DNA from: Octopus sinensis
Lineage: Eukaryota
Direction: 5' to 3'
NCBI RefSeq assembly: GCF_006345805.1
Contig: NC_042999.1
Coordinates: 12,214,001-12,278,000 of the forward strand
DNA: 64,000 nucleotides
Shown piece by piece: positions 14,680-26,748 of the stretch (its first letter is position 1; each line of letters opens with the position of its first letter). The position numbers were made by a program, and so were the translations under genes. The notes under the pieces were generated by a model, which saw only the letters and a program-made list of their open reading frames with translations, had not been told where the DNA came from and ran no database searches.

Positions 14680-14850
14680 AGGCGTAGGAGTGGCTGTGTG
14701 GTGAGTAGCTTGCTTACCAGCCGCATGGTTCTGGGTTCAGCCCCACTGTGTGGCACCTTGGGCAAGTGTCTTCTACTATAGCCTTGGGCTGACCAAAGCC
14801 TTGTGAGTGGATTTGGTAGACGGAAACTGAAAGAAGCCTGTCGTATATAT
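14680..14850 (+). mobile_element. tRNA-derived SINE
   Basis: ggcgtaggagtggctgtgtggtgagtagc...ggttctgggttcagcccc A/B-box-like head; another copy at ~48330-48490. Confidence 0.65.
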
Positions 14851-14870
14851 GTGTGTGTGTGTATATATAT

Positions 14871-15385
14871 ACTAGCAGTATCGCCCGGCGTTGCTCAGGT
14901 TTGTAAGGGAAATAACTATATAAGCATTTTTAGAGAGTTACTCCCCTTATAGATGCCAATTCGGGCTTTCTTAGCCATTTCTGTTTTGGTGTCTTCAAGC
15001 CATGAAATCGTTGTTCTAAAAGAACGCTGGTCTCCTTGACAACGCTTTACGACGTTGATTTCCTTACACTCCCTTCCCCACAGCTTCACGAGGGAGGGAG
15101 GAAGGGGGAGAAGCAAACAGGTGCAGGTGTGACCATGGACGCCAACTCCGCTGCCATCGACACACGAAAAATTATGCATTAAAATGGAATAAAAAATGAT
15201 GTTAAATTATTTTTAAAATCGTAGACTCATCGTAGACGCGCGCTAATACTCAGACGGGCTTGATATGAATCACGACTATAAGATACCCAAATTTGGTTAA
15301 ACTGTACCGCAAAATGTGGGAGTAGTTAGGAATCTAAATCGAAGGGGACAGACACTCACACAACTACAGTTTTATATATATAGAT
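14871..15385 (+). mobile_element. Helitron-like non-autonomous element (HINE/DINE-1/Lep1-like)
   Basis: 5' actagcagtatcgcccggcgttgc and 3' ...ttttatatatatagat termini; embedded in TA repeats. Confidence 0.55.
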
Positions 15386-15388
15386 ATA

Positions 15389-15462
<74 letters not shown>

Positions 15463-15694
15463 GTTTGTGTATATGTTTGTATGTCTGTGTTTGACCCCCC
15501 AACATCACTTGACAACTGATGCTGGTGTGCTTATGTCCCCGTAATTTAGCAGTTCGGCAAAATAAACCGATAGAATAAGTACTAGGTTTACAAAGAATAA
15601 GTCCTGGGGTCGATTTGGTCGATCAGAGGCAGTGCTCCAGCATGGCCACAGTTACATGACTGAAACAAATAAAAGAGTAAAAGAGTATATATAT

Positions 15695-15752
<58 letters not shown>

Positions 15753-16484
15753 CACACACACACACACACACGTATATGTATATATACATACATACATAGC
15801 TCCATACAGAAGGGTCGATCTCTCAAAGTATTTGGAATACACGGGATTGGGTGACCCAGGAGAATGTGGGATGAAGTGCTGAAGAACAACCTCAGTGTAC
15901 TGAACCTTTCAGGTGAGATGGCAAAGGACCAAGATTCCTGGCACCTTGCTGTACTCAAGAAGCCCTGTACTCTACAGCAGAAGTGTTAAAACTGCTCTGT
16001 CTGGTGAAGAGGAGTGACTTGTAACAATCGTGTGCCAATGCCAGGTAAAAAGCACCCGTGTGGTGCCACATAAAAGCACCTAGCACACTCTGTAAAGTGG
16101 GTGGCATTAGGAAGGGCATTCAGGCATAGAAACCATGCTGAATCAAACTGGATCCTGATGCAGCTCCCTAGCTTGCAAGTTCTGGTCAAATCGTCCAACC
16201 CATGACAGCATGGTCAACAAATACTAATTGATGATGATGATGATGATGATGATGTACAGCCTCAGGGTTAAAACATATAAAAGTGGTTGGCGTTAGGAAG
16301 GGCATCCAGCCGTAGAAACACTGCCAGATCTGACTGGGCCTGACGAAGCCTTCCAGCTTCACAGACCCCAGTTGACCCGTCCAACCCATGCTAGCATGGA
16401 AAGCGGACGCTAAACGATGATGATGATGATGATGATATATATATATATATATATATACATATAAAAGAATATATATATATATAT

Positions 16485-16827
16485 AATTAATTGTTATTGC
16501 CATATTAATATGGCATTCTTATAGATATAAGAATAATCGCTGCCATGGTCAGCTCCATGAGGCCACCGCCATCAAGATAGCTATTGATACACGATCTGTA
16601 TCCATTATAACCTTCGAACAAGGGAGGTCAGCTGCTTTACACTGCCAGTCCGACAGCTACAGACGCGTTTCGGGGTATTGCTGACCTCCCTGGTTCGAAG
16701 GTTATAATGGATACAGATCGTGTATCAATAGCTATCTTGATGGCGGTGGCCTCATGGAGCTGACCATGGCAGCGATTATTCTTATATCTATAAGAATGCC
16801 ATATTAATATGGCGATAACAATTAATT
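16485..16827. repeat. Long hairpin: 148-bp arms, 47-bp loop
   Basis: 16485-16632 is the reverse complement of 16680-16827 with 2 mismatches. Confidence 0.95.
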
Positions 16828-16882
16828 TCCAGTGAACGCTGCCATAATCTCTTTTATAGAGACTTAGTAATTTTAATATTTC

Positions 16883-16922
<40 letters not shown>

Positions 16923-17135
16923 AGTACTGGAGAAGACCCGTCCATCTCTGCAAGCATGGCAAAATTGTCAATAAAATATTGACAGTGATAGAGGTTGGAA
17001 TGTATTAATATTTCAACATTTTGCTTTTTGTTAATTTCTGTTTACTAAAAGCTGATATAAATGTGGGTTGGTTTCTCCTGTCACACTTTACATTGAATAG
17101 AGAAAAGGAGAGAGAGTAAGAAAGAAAGAGTGTGT

Positions 17136-17194
<59 letters not shown>

Positions 17195-18383
17195 CATAGA
17201 ATCAAAGCTGGAAGGGAAAAGGGAGTAAATGAGAGAGTATTTATGGAGGGAATTACACAAATGGAGAAACGTTGTTCTCCATAGACAAACAACAATTAAT
17301 ATACTTGCATTGCAATCTTCCGGATCATATAAAAAAAAAAAGAAATATGTATGTCATTGTTTTGTTTCATTTAATTTTAAGGTAGTTAATATTTTCCCTT
17401 TCGGAATTAGTATTCATTTCACCATTTTGTAGAAGCACCAAGAAATTTGATAAAAGTCAGATGATCCCCCATGTGTTACTCTCCTTTTGCACTCTTTTGC
17501 ACAACTTAACCTCCTCACATCAATCTTCTGTACAACTTTTCTTAGATCCACTTTCCTCTCACTTGAGAGTATGTCCTTACACATCTTCATCATCATCTTC
17601 TCTCTTTTCCAACAAAAGTAGCCGTGTACCTCCTCTATAGCAAGGCACCTGTTCCTGTCCCTCTATCATACTTTAACTTCTCATTGCTGGGTATAGAGCC
17701 AGCCCTTCAATACTTTTGAGTCCCCTTTACAGTTCTGGATACCTGGTGACCCCACCAGTGTTAGTTCCCATCGTATAACAGGTGACACCCTGGTTATATT
17801 AAGTTCCTCTTCATTCTTCAGTGAGCATCTCCCTTGTTACTCTTTCACAGATGCTTCATTATCTCTCCTTTTCACTGTATTCCACACCACCTGAGTGATG
17901 AGTGATGACTGACTTGTATTCAGTCCTCTCTACCATCACTCTTTAGCACTTTACTTCCCAACCATCATGAAACTGGAGTAATGAGACACAACTGCTACTA
18001 CCTTCTCTCCCCTGTCATTCTTTATAGAGACCCATCCACTCCCTTAGCCCCAAAACTCCTGAGATGAATTTAGCAAAGTGAACCAAAGCTTCTTTTAGAC
18101 TCTGCAATAACAAGAAAGTCCTTTCAAAACCTAAGGGTGCTGAAACCTTTTTTTAGGGAGGAGCTTGACAGATAATCACAAACCCCACTTTGGCTCTGTG
18201 AGCTGTGGTTCAATACACCCTCTGGACTTCCTCTTCATAGGCCTTGCTCACCACAAGCCATCTTCAGACCTTTACTCTTTCTCTTTCTCCTCTTCTCAAT
18301 ACTCTTTGATTTCTTCCCCTTCTTTCTTCTTGTTGACACAAATTACTGCTGCATCCCATTCTTCTTCTTTTCATTGCCCTGTT

Positions 18384-18423
<40 letters not shown>

Positions 18424-20157
18424 CTAGCACCTAGTTACCAATCACTGTCTGTCTGTCTGTCTCGCTTCCGTTGCTCCATCTCACACCACTCTATTTGCTT
18501 TGTCTCCTCCTCCCCACCCTCCATCAAACTAATACCATTTCATTCTCCCTCTCCATTCCATCTGCTTTGAATGTGCAGAGACAGCTTTGAGTAGAAATGA
18601 CTGTTTCATCTTTCATGAGACAACACAATCTCTCTCTGGTCTTGGTGCGATGATGAAAGGCGCCCAGCACCCAGGCAATGTGGTTTGCAAATGGACAGAG
18701 ACAATGTAGCTGTAGAGAGGAGTGTTTAACCTTATGCAGGACATGGCATCCTCTGTCATTCTGGTGCTGGTGCCATGATAAAATGCATCCAGTAAACTTT
18801 GAACAGTGGTTAGCATTAGGAAGAGAATCCAAACCACAGAAACCATTCCATCTGCATTAATGAATAAAAATGTGTCTCCTTCACACTTCTAAGAAGGCAG
18901 TAAATCTAAAGTTGGACTGCGAGAACCTGCCCAGCCTATGCCACACAGAAAATGATGATAATGATGGTGGTGGTGCTGCTGTTGATGATGATGATGAATG
19001 ATTTGTGATTGCTTTGGAAGTGTTTATTTTGATATTTGGTTCTATCTAAGTTGGCAGTGAACTAAATAGTAGCATTTTGCCAGCGTACCATGATACACAC
19101 ACACACAAATAAATATATTCCACATCCCCCAGAAAAAGAAGCATTTGGAAATAAACAAAACTCCAAGATATTGGTGATATTTCCTTTGATAAAAACAATT
19201 TATTTGTTGTATCTTATCGTAAACTCTTTTCCCACACTTGGTCACTATCCCTCTCTCTCTCTCTCTCTTTCTCACACAGTACTAAAAAAACTGATATCTG
19301 CACAAATTAGATTGAGAGATCAATAGTATAAAATTGGATGAATATGCATACATATAGATTTGACTTCTTTAGTTTTAGTTTCCCCAACCAGACGATGGCA
19401 AAGAGCCAGGCAGTATTACACTTTATATTATCTTACTCACTAACCATTTTACATTCCAGTCAATAAGTGATGCCATGGTTTCTAAGGTTGTTTCCAACAG
19501 TAAATTTCCATTACATTTGAGGTCATCCATTGAACAGCCAATTGACAGAAACCAACATCTGTTTCTCTTGTTATGAATTAACCCCAGTTCAGCCCTGGTT
19601 GTGTAGACCTATGATCAAATCATTTCTTCCTGCTTATTTGAAACTACTTTATCCAATGCATTTTTCTTTTCTTTTTTTTTTTCAAAACGTTAGGGTCATG
19701 AGAACTATTGAACCTCAGTCTGGTTATAATCCTTGATAACAGCATGTCTTTGAGTTCAAGCTCATGGTAGGTGTGTCACTGTTCTTTGGCAGCACACTTA
19801 ATTCGCCAAGCTTAATGAGAGTAGCTACAACTATATACAAACCTTGGCTGGAATAGAGTGGCTTCCTATCCACAGAAATAACTAATTGTCACTCACTGAA
19901 CACCCTGCAAAATATCAGGACTAAGCACCAACCTTTAAAAGACTTTTGGGGTTTATGAATCCCTTTCAGACAGAATCTCAGCAATGTTCTGAAATTTGGG
20001 GGTGTAGAGTCACTATTTAGAAGTTGGAATGGCAGAATGCAAAGAACAAAAATATGTTTAGTTACATATCTTTACCTTCTGAGTTCAAATTCTTCCCAGG
20101 CTGATCTTGCTTTCTTCCTTCTGAGGTCAACAAGGTCAAGTATTGCAGCTGATTAAA

Positions 20158-20193
20158 TCAAGTGTAATTTTGAAGATGGCATACCAATGGCAT
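20158..20193 (-). CDS. Candidate terminal coding exon (MPLVCHLQNYT*)
   Basis: Very pyrimidine-rich acceptor ttattactttcctttggtgatttgtag|, phase 0, ends in TGA. No polyA evidence checked. Confidence 0.3.
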   Translation of the reverse strand: MPLVCHLQNYT

Positions 20194-20545
20194 CTACAAA
20201 TCACCAAAGGAAAGTAATAAAATAATGAAGTAAATTAATTTACAGTTTCTGACCGCTTGTTGATGTTAGACAAAACTTATACATGTTCATTCAATTGTTC
20301 TTCTCATATTCTAAATGTTGGTTATTTTGTAAATGCATCATTTCTCTTTGGTTAGAACTTGGATTTTGCCAATTTAATTGTTCTTCCAATATCCATTAAG
20401 TTTATTTTTTAATTGGTGAACAACCTCACCCAAGAAGTTACAAAAAAGCAAGACAAATCAGATAACATCAAGAAACATAAAAGAAGCCCAAAATTTAGTA
20501 TTTTTCTTTCCAAAGAGGCTTTGGAGGAAGTTGTGATGTTCTTAC

Positions 20546-20660
20546 GTTTCTGAGTTGTAACGATGTGATACCATTCCAACAGGCAGTCGGTGTCTTTTTA
20601 TTTTTTGAAAGCTCACAGTTTACAAAGAATATGGTTATAGGATTGTTAATCATTGTTTTA
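20546..20660 (-). CDS. Exon (KTMINNPITIFFVNCELSKNKKTPTACWNGITSLQLRN)
   Basis: cattttgtag| acceptor and AAC|gtaaga donor; phase 2 to 0. The M...F..N......P...W pattern fits the COesterase C-terminus. Confidence 0.6.
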
Positions 20661-21259
20661 CTACAAAATGGCTAGATTGACAAGGTGTTGGTGAAAAGTG
20701 AGTGAAATAAGAACCACAAGGAATATTTTTGATCAATGCATCAAGTTAGCGATAATTTTCTTGTTGATGGGTATATTTCTGCCAACACATGCACATTCAT
20801 ATATATATATATATGTACTTACAAACATACATATATGCTTACGTACATACAGATCCATACAGAATGCATACATACCTTTTTAACATACATAGGGTGTGAA
20901 CTGAAAGAGATTTGGTTATTATTTCTAACAGATAAGTGACTCTATAGATGCAGTTACTGTTTTAAAAAGTGATTTGTTATTTAAAGAAGACATATTCTCA
21001 ACAACTAAACTACCCTCACCCACACATTCACAGCATTGTCTCAGTTATTAATTTACAAATTAATATAAGGCTAAGTATATTTTGTGTTTCATATCATTCT
21101 GATCCCTCTGTTTTGGTTAGGCTGTGGCATTGAACCAGGAACCAAGTAGTTGCAAAGTGGCTTTCTTCTTCCCCACGACAGTAATGCTTGCATCCTCACA
21201 CAGACGTGAGAACTTGCAAAGAACTAAATTCTATTTTACAACCTATATAAATAATTCTT

Positions 21260-24200
21260 CACTACTTCAAGGAGTGACGACCCTGCCTGACACGAGTTCC
21301 GGGCTCAGCTGGCTCCGGCTGACAGTACCCGGTATGGGCCCCTATCCAGGGTTACGGAAAGGAGACAACCTTCAAGGAAATCTGGAGTGGAGCCCTGAAG
21401 GCGGTCTAGTGTTCAACTCGACACTCTTCCGGCAGCTCCTGCAACCAAGCTGGTGCCAAACGTAATGCACTGCACTCCACTGGACTACATCAGCAAGGTC
21501 GAGAGAGGAAACCTGATGATTGGGCTACCCAGGACTTTCTTATCTATAGCCCAGGCCTGCGCAAAACTGGAGAGGACACTTCAGTGCTGCTGTAAAAAGC
21601 TGCAGAAACAACACGGGAGGTAACAGTTACGAGTGATAAGTCTATTCAGATTGGCGTAAAATATGGGCGCTACGGGTTACCTCTGACGGTGGGAGGGACC
21701 TCCGTGTCCTATTGGTTAGCTACTGCCCACCTCAAGCTGGGCAGCCCTCAGTTAATAAGGTGCTGACCCGCCACAAGCCGCCTGCTCCATTGGGTGCTTG
21801 GAGCTAAGAGTATGACTCGAAAAGCGACCTGCAACCTCTGCACCAGGCAAGCAACTAAAAGTCAAGAAAACTCCAGTTCTGCAGTTGGCAAGCTGGAATG
21901 TCAGGATCATGTGTCCTGGAATATCTAATGATCTTCTCAGGATTGAAGACACAAGGAAAACGGCCATCATTGACCGTGAACTAAAGAGGCTCAACATAGA
22001 TATTGCTGGGCTGCAGGAGACAAGACTTCATTCAAACGGCAAACTCAAAGAGCAGGATTTCACCTTCTTTTGGCAGGGAAGAGATCCAGAAGAACCTCGT
22101 CAACATGGCATTGGCTTTGCAGTGAGAAACTCACTACTCTCCTCAATAGAACCACCATCGGGAGGCACTGAGCATATCCTCTCATTGCGCCTCTCGACTT
22201 CTTCTGGCTCAGTACATCTACTCAGCATCTATGCTCCCACTCTCTACAGCTCAGAGGGGACCAAGGACCAGTTCTACAAAGATCTCAACTGTGTCATAGA
22301 AAATATACCAACGACTGAAAATATCTACCTTCTAGGGGATTTTAACGCTTGTGTGGGATCTGACCATGATTCGTGGCCCATTTGTGTTGGACACTTTGGT
22401 ATTGGCAACATGAATGACAATGGTCAGAGACTACTCGAATTCTGCACATACCACAACCTGTGCATCACAAACACATTCTTTACCAACAAGCCATCCCACA
22501 AGGCATCCTGGAGACATCCAAGATCTCACCACTGGCATCAGCTGGATCTCATCATTACACGGAGATCCTTTCTGAATTCTACTCTATTGACCCGCAGTTA
22601 CCACAGCGCGGATTGTGACACAGACCACTCACTAATTAGAAGCAGGGTGAGGATTCTGCCTAAAAAAGTCCATCGCTCCAAGAAAGTGGGTCGACCACAC
22701 ATCAACACCGCCAGAACCTCGGACCCTACACTGCGAAAATGTTTTGCTGCTTCTATCAAGGTTGCCCTCAGTAGCTGCCCAACCTCCTCTGCTGAAAGTA
22801 GGTGGGACTATATCAGGGAAGCCTTGTATACGACATCATTGGATACTTTCGGCAAGAGAGAAAGGCAAAACCCAGATTGGTTCAATGCTGGGCTCTCAGA
22901 GCTGGAGCCAGTTATCAAAGCAAAGCGTGCAGCTCTGGTGCAATTCAAGAGTGACTCTTCTACAAAGTCACTCGAAGAACTCAGAAAGGCACGAAATAAA
23001 ACCCAACTGACAGCCAGACGCTGTGCAAATAGGTATTGGCAGGAAATCTGTCAGAGTATCCAGTCAGCTGCTGACAGGGGCGACACCCGTGGGATGTATG
23101 CCAGTTTGAAGAAGGCCCTCGGTCCATCCGCAACCAAGTCAGCCCCTCTGAAATCAACTACTGGAGATCTCATCAGGGATCAAGGCAAGCAAATGGATAG
23201 ATGGGTGGAGCACTACCAGGATCTCTACTCACGGGAGACCACAGTGGCTGAGGCTGCAGTCGAGAGTGTCAAGATCTTGCCAGTCATGTGCGAACTTGAC
23301 AGTCCGCCATCTATAGCAGAGCTCACCAAGGCTGTTGACTCCCTAGCAAGAAATAAGGCTCCGGGAAAAGACGGCATCCCCTCAGAGATCATCAAAGCCG
23401 GCAAAAACACCATCCTGCTTCGGCACCTTCATGAGCTTCTGTGTCAGTGCTGGGAAGAGGGTACAGTCCCTCAGGATATGCGGGATGCTAACATCATTAC
23501 GCTTTACAAAAACAAAGGTGACCGTGGTGATTGTAACAATTACCATGGTATATCCCTTCTAAGCACTGTTGGAAAGAACTTTGCCCGCGTTATCCTGGCC
23601 AGGCTACAACTACTTGCTTCTCGAATCTATCCGGAATCGCAGTGTGGCTTTAGAAGAAGCAGATCAACCATCAATATGATATTCTCCATACGCCAACTTC
23701 AGGAGAAGTCCAGAGAGCAGAAAATGCCATTATATATGGCCTTCATTGATCTAACAAAGGCTTTTGACTCGGTAAGCAGAACAGGCCTCTTCCTCCTGCT
23801 CCAAAAAATCGGATGTCCACCAAAGCTGCTGAGGATCATCAAGTCTTCCCATGATGACATGCAAGGCACCATACAGCACAACGGTTCAACATCAGCCGCC
23901 TTCCAAATAAAAAACGGGGTAAAGCAAGGTTGTGTCCTCGCTCCTACATTGTTTGGCATCTTCTTCTCGCTCTTACTTTCCCATGCCTTTCAGACATCAG
24001 ATGATGGAGTGTTTCTGCACAGTAGAAGTGACAGGAAACTGTTCAATCTCTCGCGCCTGCATGCCAAGACCAAAATCAGAAACGTCCTGATCAAGGAGAT
24101 GTTATTTGCTGATGATGCCGCTCTGGTAACACACACAGAAAAAGCCCTCCAAAGGCTCATTAACTGTTTTGAGCAAGCATGTAACGACTTTGGCTTAGCT

Positions 24201-25114
24201 ATCAGCCTTAAGAAGACCAACATCATGGGCCAAGCTACATCGGACATCCCAAACATACATATTGGAGACCACAGATTACAAGAGGTGGAGAAGTTTACCT
24301 ATCTGGGCTCTACTGTCACCTACAACCTATCCCTTGATGCTGAGCTCAATATATGCATTGGCAAGGCAGCTGCTGCGATGGCCCAACTCACCAAACGGGC
24401 TTGGAACAACAATAAGCTGACCAAGACCACGAAAATGAAGATCTACCAGGCATGTGTACTCAGCACTCTACTGTATGGAAGTGAGACCTGGACGCTATAC
24501 ACACGCCAAGAGTGTCGCCTAAACAACTTTCACCTGTGCTGCCTCCGAAAAATCCTCCGCATCAAATGGCAGAATCATATCCCAACAAAGATGTCCTCAG
24601 GCAAGCAGGAATACCAAGCATATTTGCACTCCTCACACAAAGACGTATGAGATGGCTTGGCATGTTAGCTGTATGAAAGATGGCAGAATCCCCAAGGACA
24701 TACTCTACGGAGAGCTTGCTAGGGGTACTAGGTCTGTGGGTAGACCGATCTTACGTTACAAGGATGTTTGCAAAAGGGACATGAAGGCCTGCAACATCAA
24801 TATTAGTGGTTGGGAGGCAGTTGCCGGCAACCGTGAAGAATGGCGACGTACCGTAAAAGAGGGAATACAAAGGAGTGACAGAGAGAGAGGAGAAATGGAA
24901 AGAAAGGAAGAGACGTAAACAAGAGACTATGGCACTACAACCAGCCAGGAACAGTCTTCGCTACATTTGCGGTACCTGCCAGAGGAAGTGTTTGTCCAGG
25001 ATAGGACTACACAGCCACAGCAGGAAATGTATCAGGACATGAAATATAAAAGCCGGACTAGACTACTTCATGTGCAACTCCATTGTCTCCCGAGACAGAA
25101 AGGATGCCAATACA
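21260..25114 (+). mobile_element. Near-full-length RTE LINE with 13-bp TSD
   Basis: ATAAATAATTCTT at 21247-21259 and 25115-25127. The 921-aa ORF has an APE domain (LQETR, LLGDFNA, DTDH) and RT (KQG, FADD, YLGS); frameshifts near 24590 and 24890. Confidence 0.95.
21885..24650 (+). CDS. RTE APE-endonuclease/reverse transcriptase ORF (frameshifted at the C-terminus)
   Basis: ORF track, 921 aa; the frame continues in ORF 24652..24918 (PKDILYGEL, GRPILRYKD). Confidence 0.9.
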   Translation: MASWNVRIMCPGISNDLLRIEDTRKTAIIDRELKRLNIDIAGLQETRLHSNGKLKEQDFTFFWQGRDPEEPRQHGIGFAVRNSLLSSIEPPSGGTEHILSLRLSTSSGSVHLLSIYAPTLYSSEGTKDQFYKDLNCVIENIPTTENIYLLGDFNACVGSDHDSWPICVGHFGIGNMNDNGQRLLEFCTYHNLCITNTFFTNKPSHKASWRHPRSHHWHQLDLIITRRSFLNSTLLTRSYHSADCDTDHSLIRSRVRILPKKVHRSKKVGRPHINTARTSDPTLRKCFAASIKVALSSCPTSSAESRWDYIREALYTTSLDTFGKRERQNPDWFNAGLSELEPVIKAKRAALVQFKSDSSTKSLEELRKARNKTQLTARRCANRYWQEICQSIQSAADRGDTRGMYASLKKALGPSATKSAPLKSTTGDLIRDQGKQMDRWVEHYQDLYSRETTVAEAAVESVKILPVMCELDSPPSIAELTKAVDSLARNKAPGKDGIPSEIIKAGKNTILLRHLHELLCQCWEEGTVPQDMRDANIITLYKNKGDRGDCNNYHGISLLSTVGKNFARVILARLQLLASRIYPESQCGFRRSRSTINMIFSIRQLQEKSREQKMPLYMAFIDLTKAFDSVSRTGLFLLLQKIGCPPKLLRIIKSSHDDMQGTIQHNGSTSAAFQIKNGVKQGCVLAPTLFGIFFSLLLSHAFQTSDDGVFLHSRSDRKLFNLSRLHAKTKIRNVLIKEMLFADDAALVTHTEKALQRLINCFEQACNDFGLAISLKKTNIMGQATSDIPNIHIGDHRLQEVEKFTYLGSTVTYNLSLDAELNICIGKAAAAMAQLTKRAWNNNKLTKTTKMKIYQACVLSTLLYGSETWTLYTRQECRLNNFHLCCLRKILRIKWQNHIPTKMSSGKQEYQAYLHSSHKDV

Positions 25115-26570
25115 ATAAATAATTCTTTGTAATTTAGACACAAACCTAGCAATATGAAGAGGAATTGATACAATCGACCTTACACCTGACTAAAAAAGAT
25201 ATATATTTGTTATGTTTATTCTTAGTTGGGTACATGTGTAAGAATTCCATCAAATTTAAAGTATTGGTGTTAGAAATACACATTTCATAAATGAAATCTG
25301 AAGCTCTTTCAGTTCTGCAGTTGGAATCACTTTTCCTTTACTTTTGTCTTTAATGATGTGGAGAGTGGAAAAGATACCATAGCTTTAAGAAGTAATTCTA
25401 CTGAAAAGAAATTTGTAATCTTCCAAGAAACAGTGGTGCTCATATAGTGTGTAAGTCTACCATACTATCTGTATAGTCTGTGGTACTTTAATGAGCTCTC
25501 TGTCAAGTACTGATGCCAATCAATGAATCAATCACCTCCTTGATTTGATCTTACAAAAAGCATAATCAAAGAATATTAATAGCCACCCAAAGATCAAGCT
25601 AAGAACATCAATCTCAAAACACCTTTTACTTAGGATCAAAGGTATCCAGTTGTGACTGTGAAAATCACATCTTCATTTAAGGTATAATGCACCCAGGACT
25701 ATATTATTCTGGGAAGCCATAACCCCTCCCTGCTTTATTTTTTTTTGAGTCAGTAGGGTGTGAATTGAAAAAGATTGACTCTTATCTCTGGCAGATTGAG
25801 TGACAATGTAGATAATACAGTTGCTGTTTTATCAAGTGATTTATGGTCTAAAGTAGGAGATACAGTCTCAACAACCTAAATGTACAGTTTGGTATTGATT
25901 CTTTATTAGAACCATTTTCCTTCACTGAATATCAACATTGGAAAGAGATAGCCACAACGCCTTCCTCTAATGCTTCTCAATGACATCGTAGTTTTATGCT
26001 TATGTAAGGAACAATTACAGTTTAGACAAGCAGATAAACCGCTCTGTCCGTCGACAGCAGCCTAAACCTGTAAATCTATTGATTTTTCAAACAATACAAA
26101 TGAGAAAACTAAGATTAAATCAATAACAACTAAGAAGCATGAGATTTACTTCATGGAAAGAAGATGGGATGTTGCTTTTGTCTGCACCATTCAAAGGCAT
26201 GAATTACATTAAAGAAAAAGAAATGAAATTTATTTAACTCGGGATTGAAACTAATTCATAAACTCTTGCTTAAAAGGAAAAAAACAGGGTTGAGAAGTGA
26301 ACATATTTGAATGTTATCCTGTGCCATCTCAAGGCAAGATGGCACAAGTACACCAGGTAGTTGCTTGTGGGTGACACAGGTCAAAGGGCCTAATGCTAAT
26401 CTATTTATGTTGTTGTTGTTGTTGTGTATGTAAGGGGCCTCCATGTGTTGCTATTGCTTTGCCTGGGAACCAATAATTTTGTTAAAACTATCCTGAAATT
26501 ATCATCACGTTTTGGTAAAACAAAATCAGTTTAGTATTCCATCAACAACAATTTTCAGAGGCAGGCTTAC

Positions 26571-26649
26571 TATGAGGAAGCAACAGAGATAAAATATAGC
26601 AATCTTGGTGTATAACACACTGTTTCCAATTCTGCATACTTGAGCTTCC
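26571..26649 (-). CDS. Exon (KLKYAELETVCYTPRLLYFISVASS)
   Basis: ttattcaag| acceptor and ATA|gtaagc donor; phase 1 to 2. KYAELETVCYTP aligns with HxDELxxVFGxP. Confidence 0.65.
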
Positions 26650-26748
26650 CTTGAATAAATAATAATCTGTAATTTAAATAGGATGAAATAATTGTTTCTA
26701 ATAAGTGAAATAAATATTTTCAATTACAGTAATAATAAAATAACAATA

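Noticed and set aside
16633-16679. Possible hammerhead ribozyme in the hairpin loop (GAAACGCGTC on the minus strand)
   Set aside because: The required CUGANGA core could not be found at the proper position.
19437-19610. Minus-strand open frame ending at a gtgagt donor (…MDDLKCNGNLLLETTLETMASLIDWNVKWL)
   Set aside because: The only phase-0 acceptor appears to lie in repeat-like sequence, and no motif supports it.
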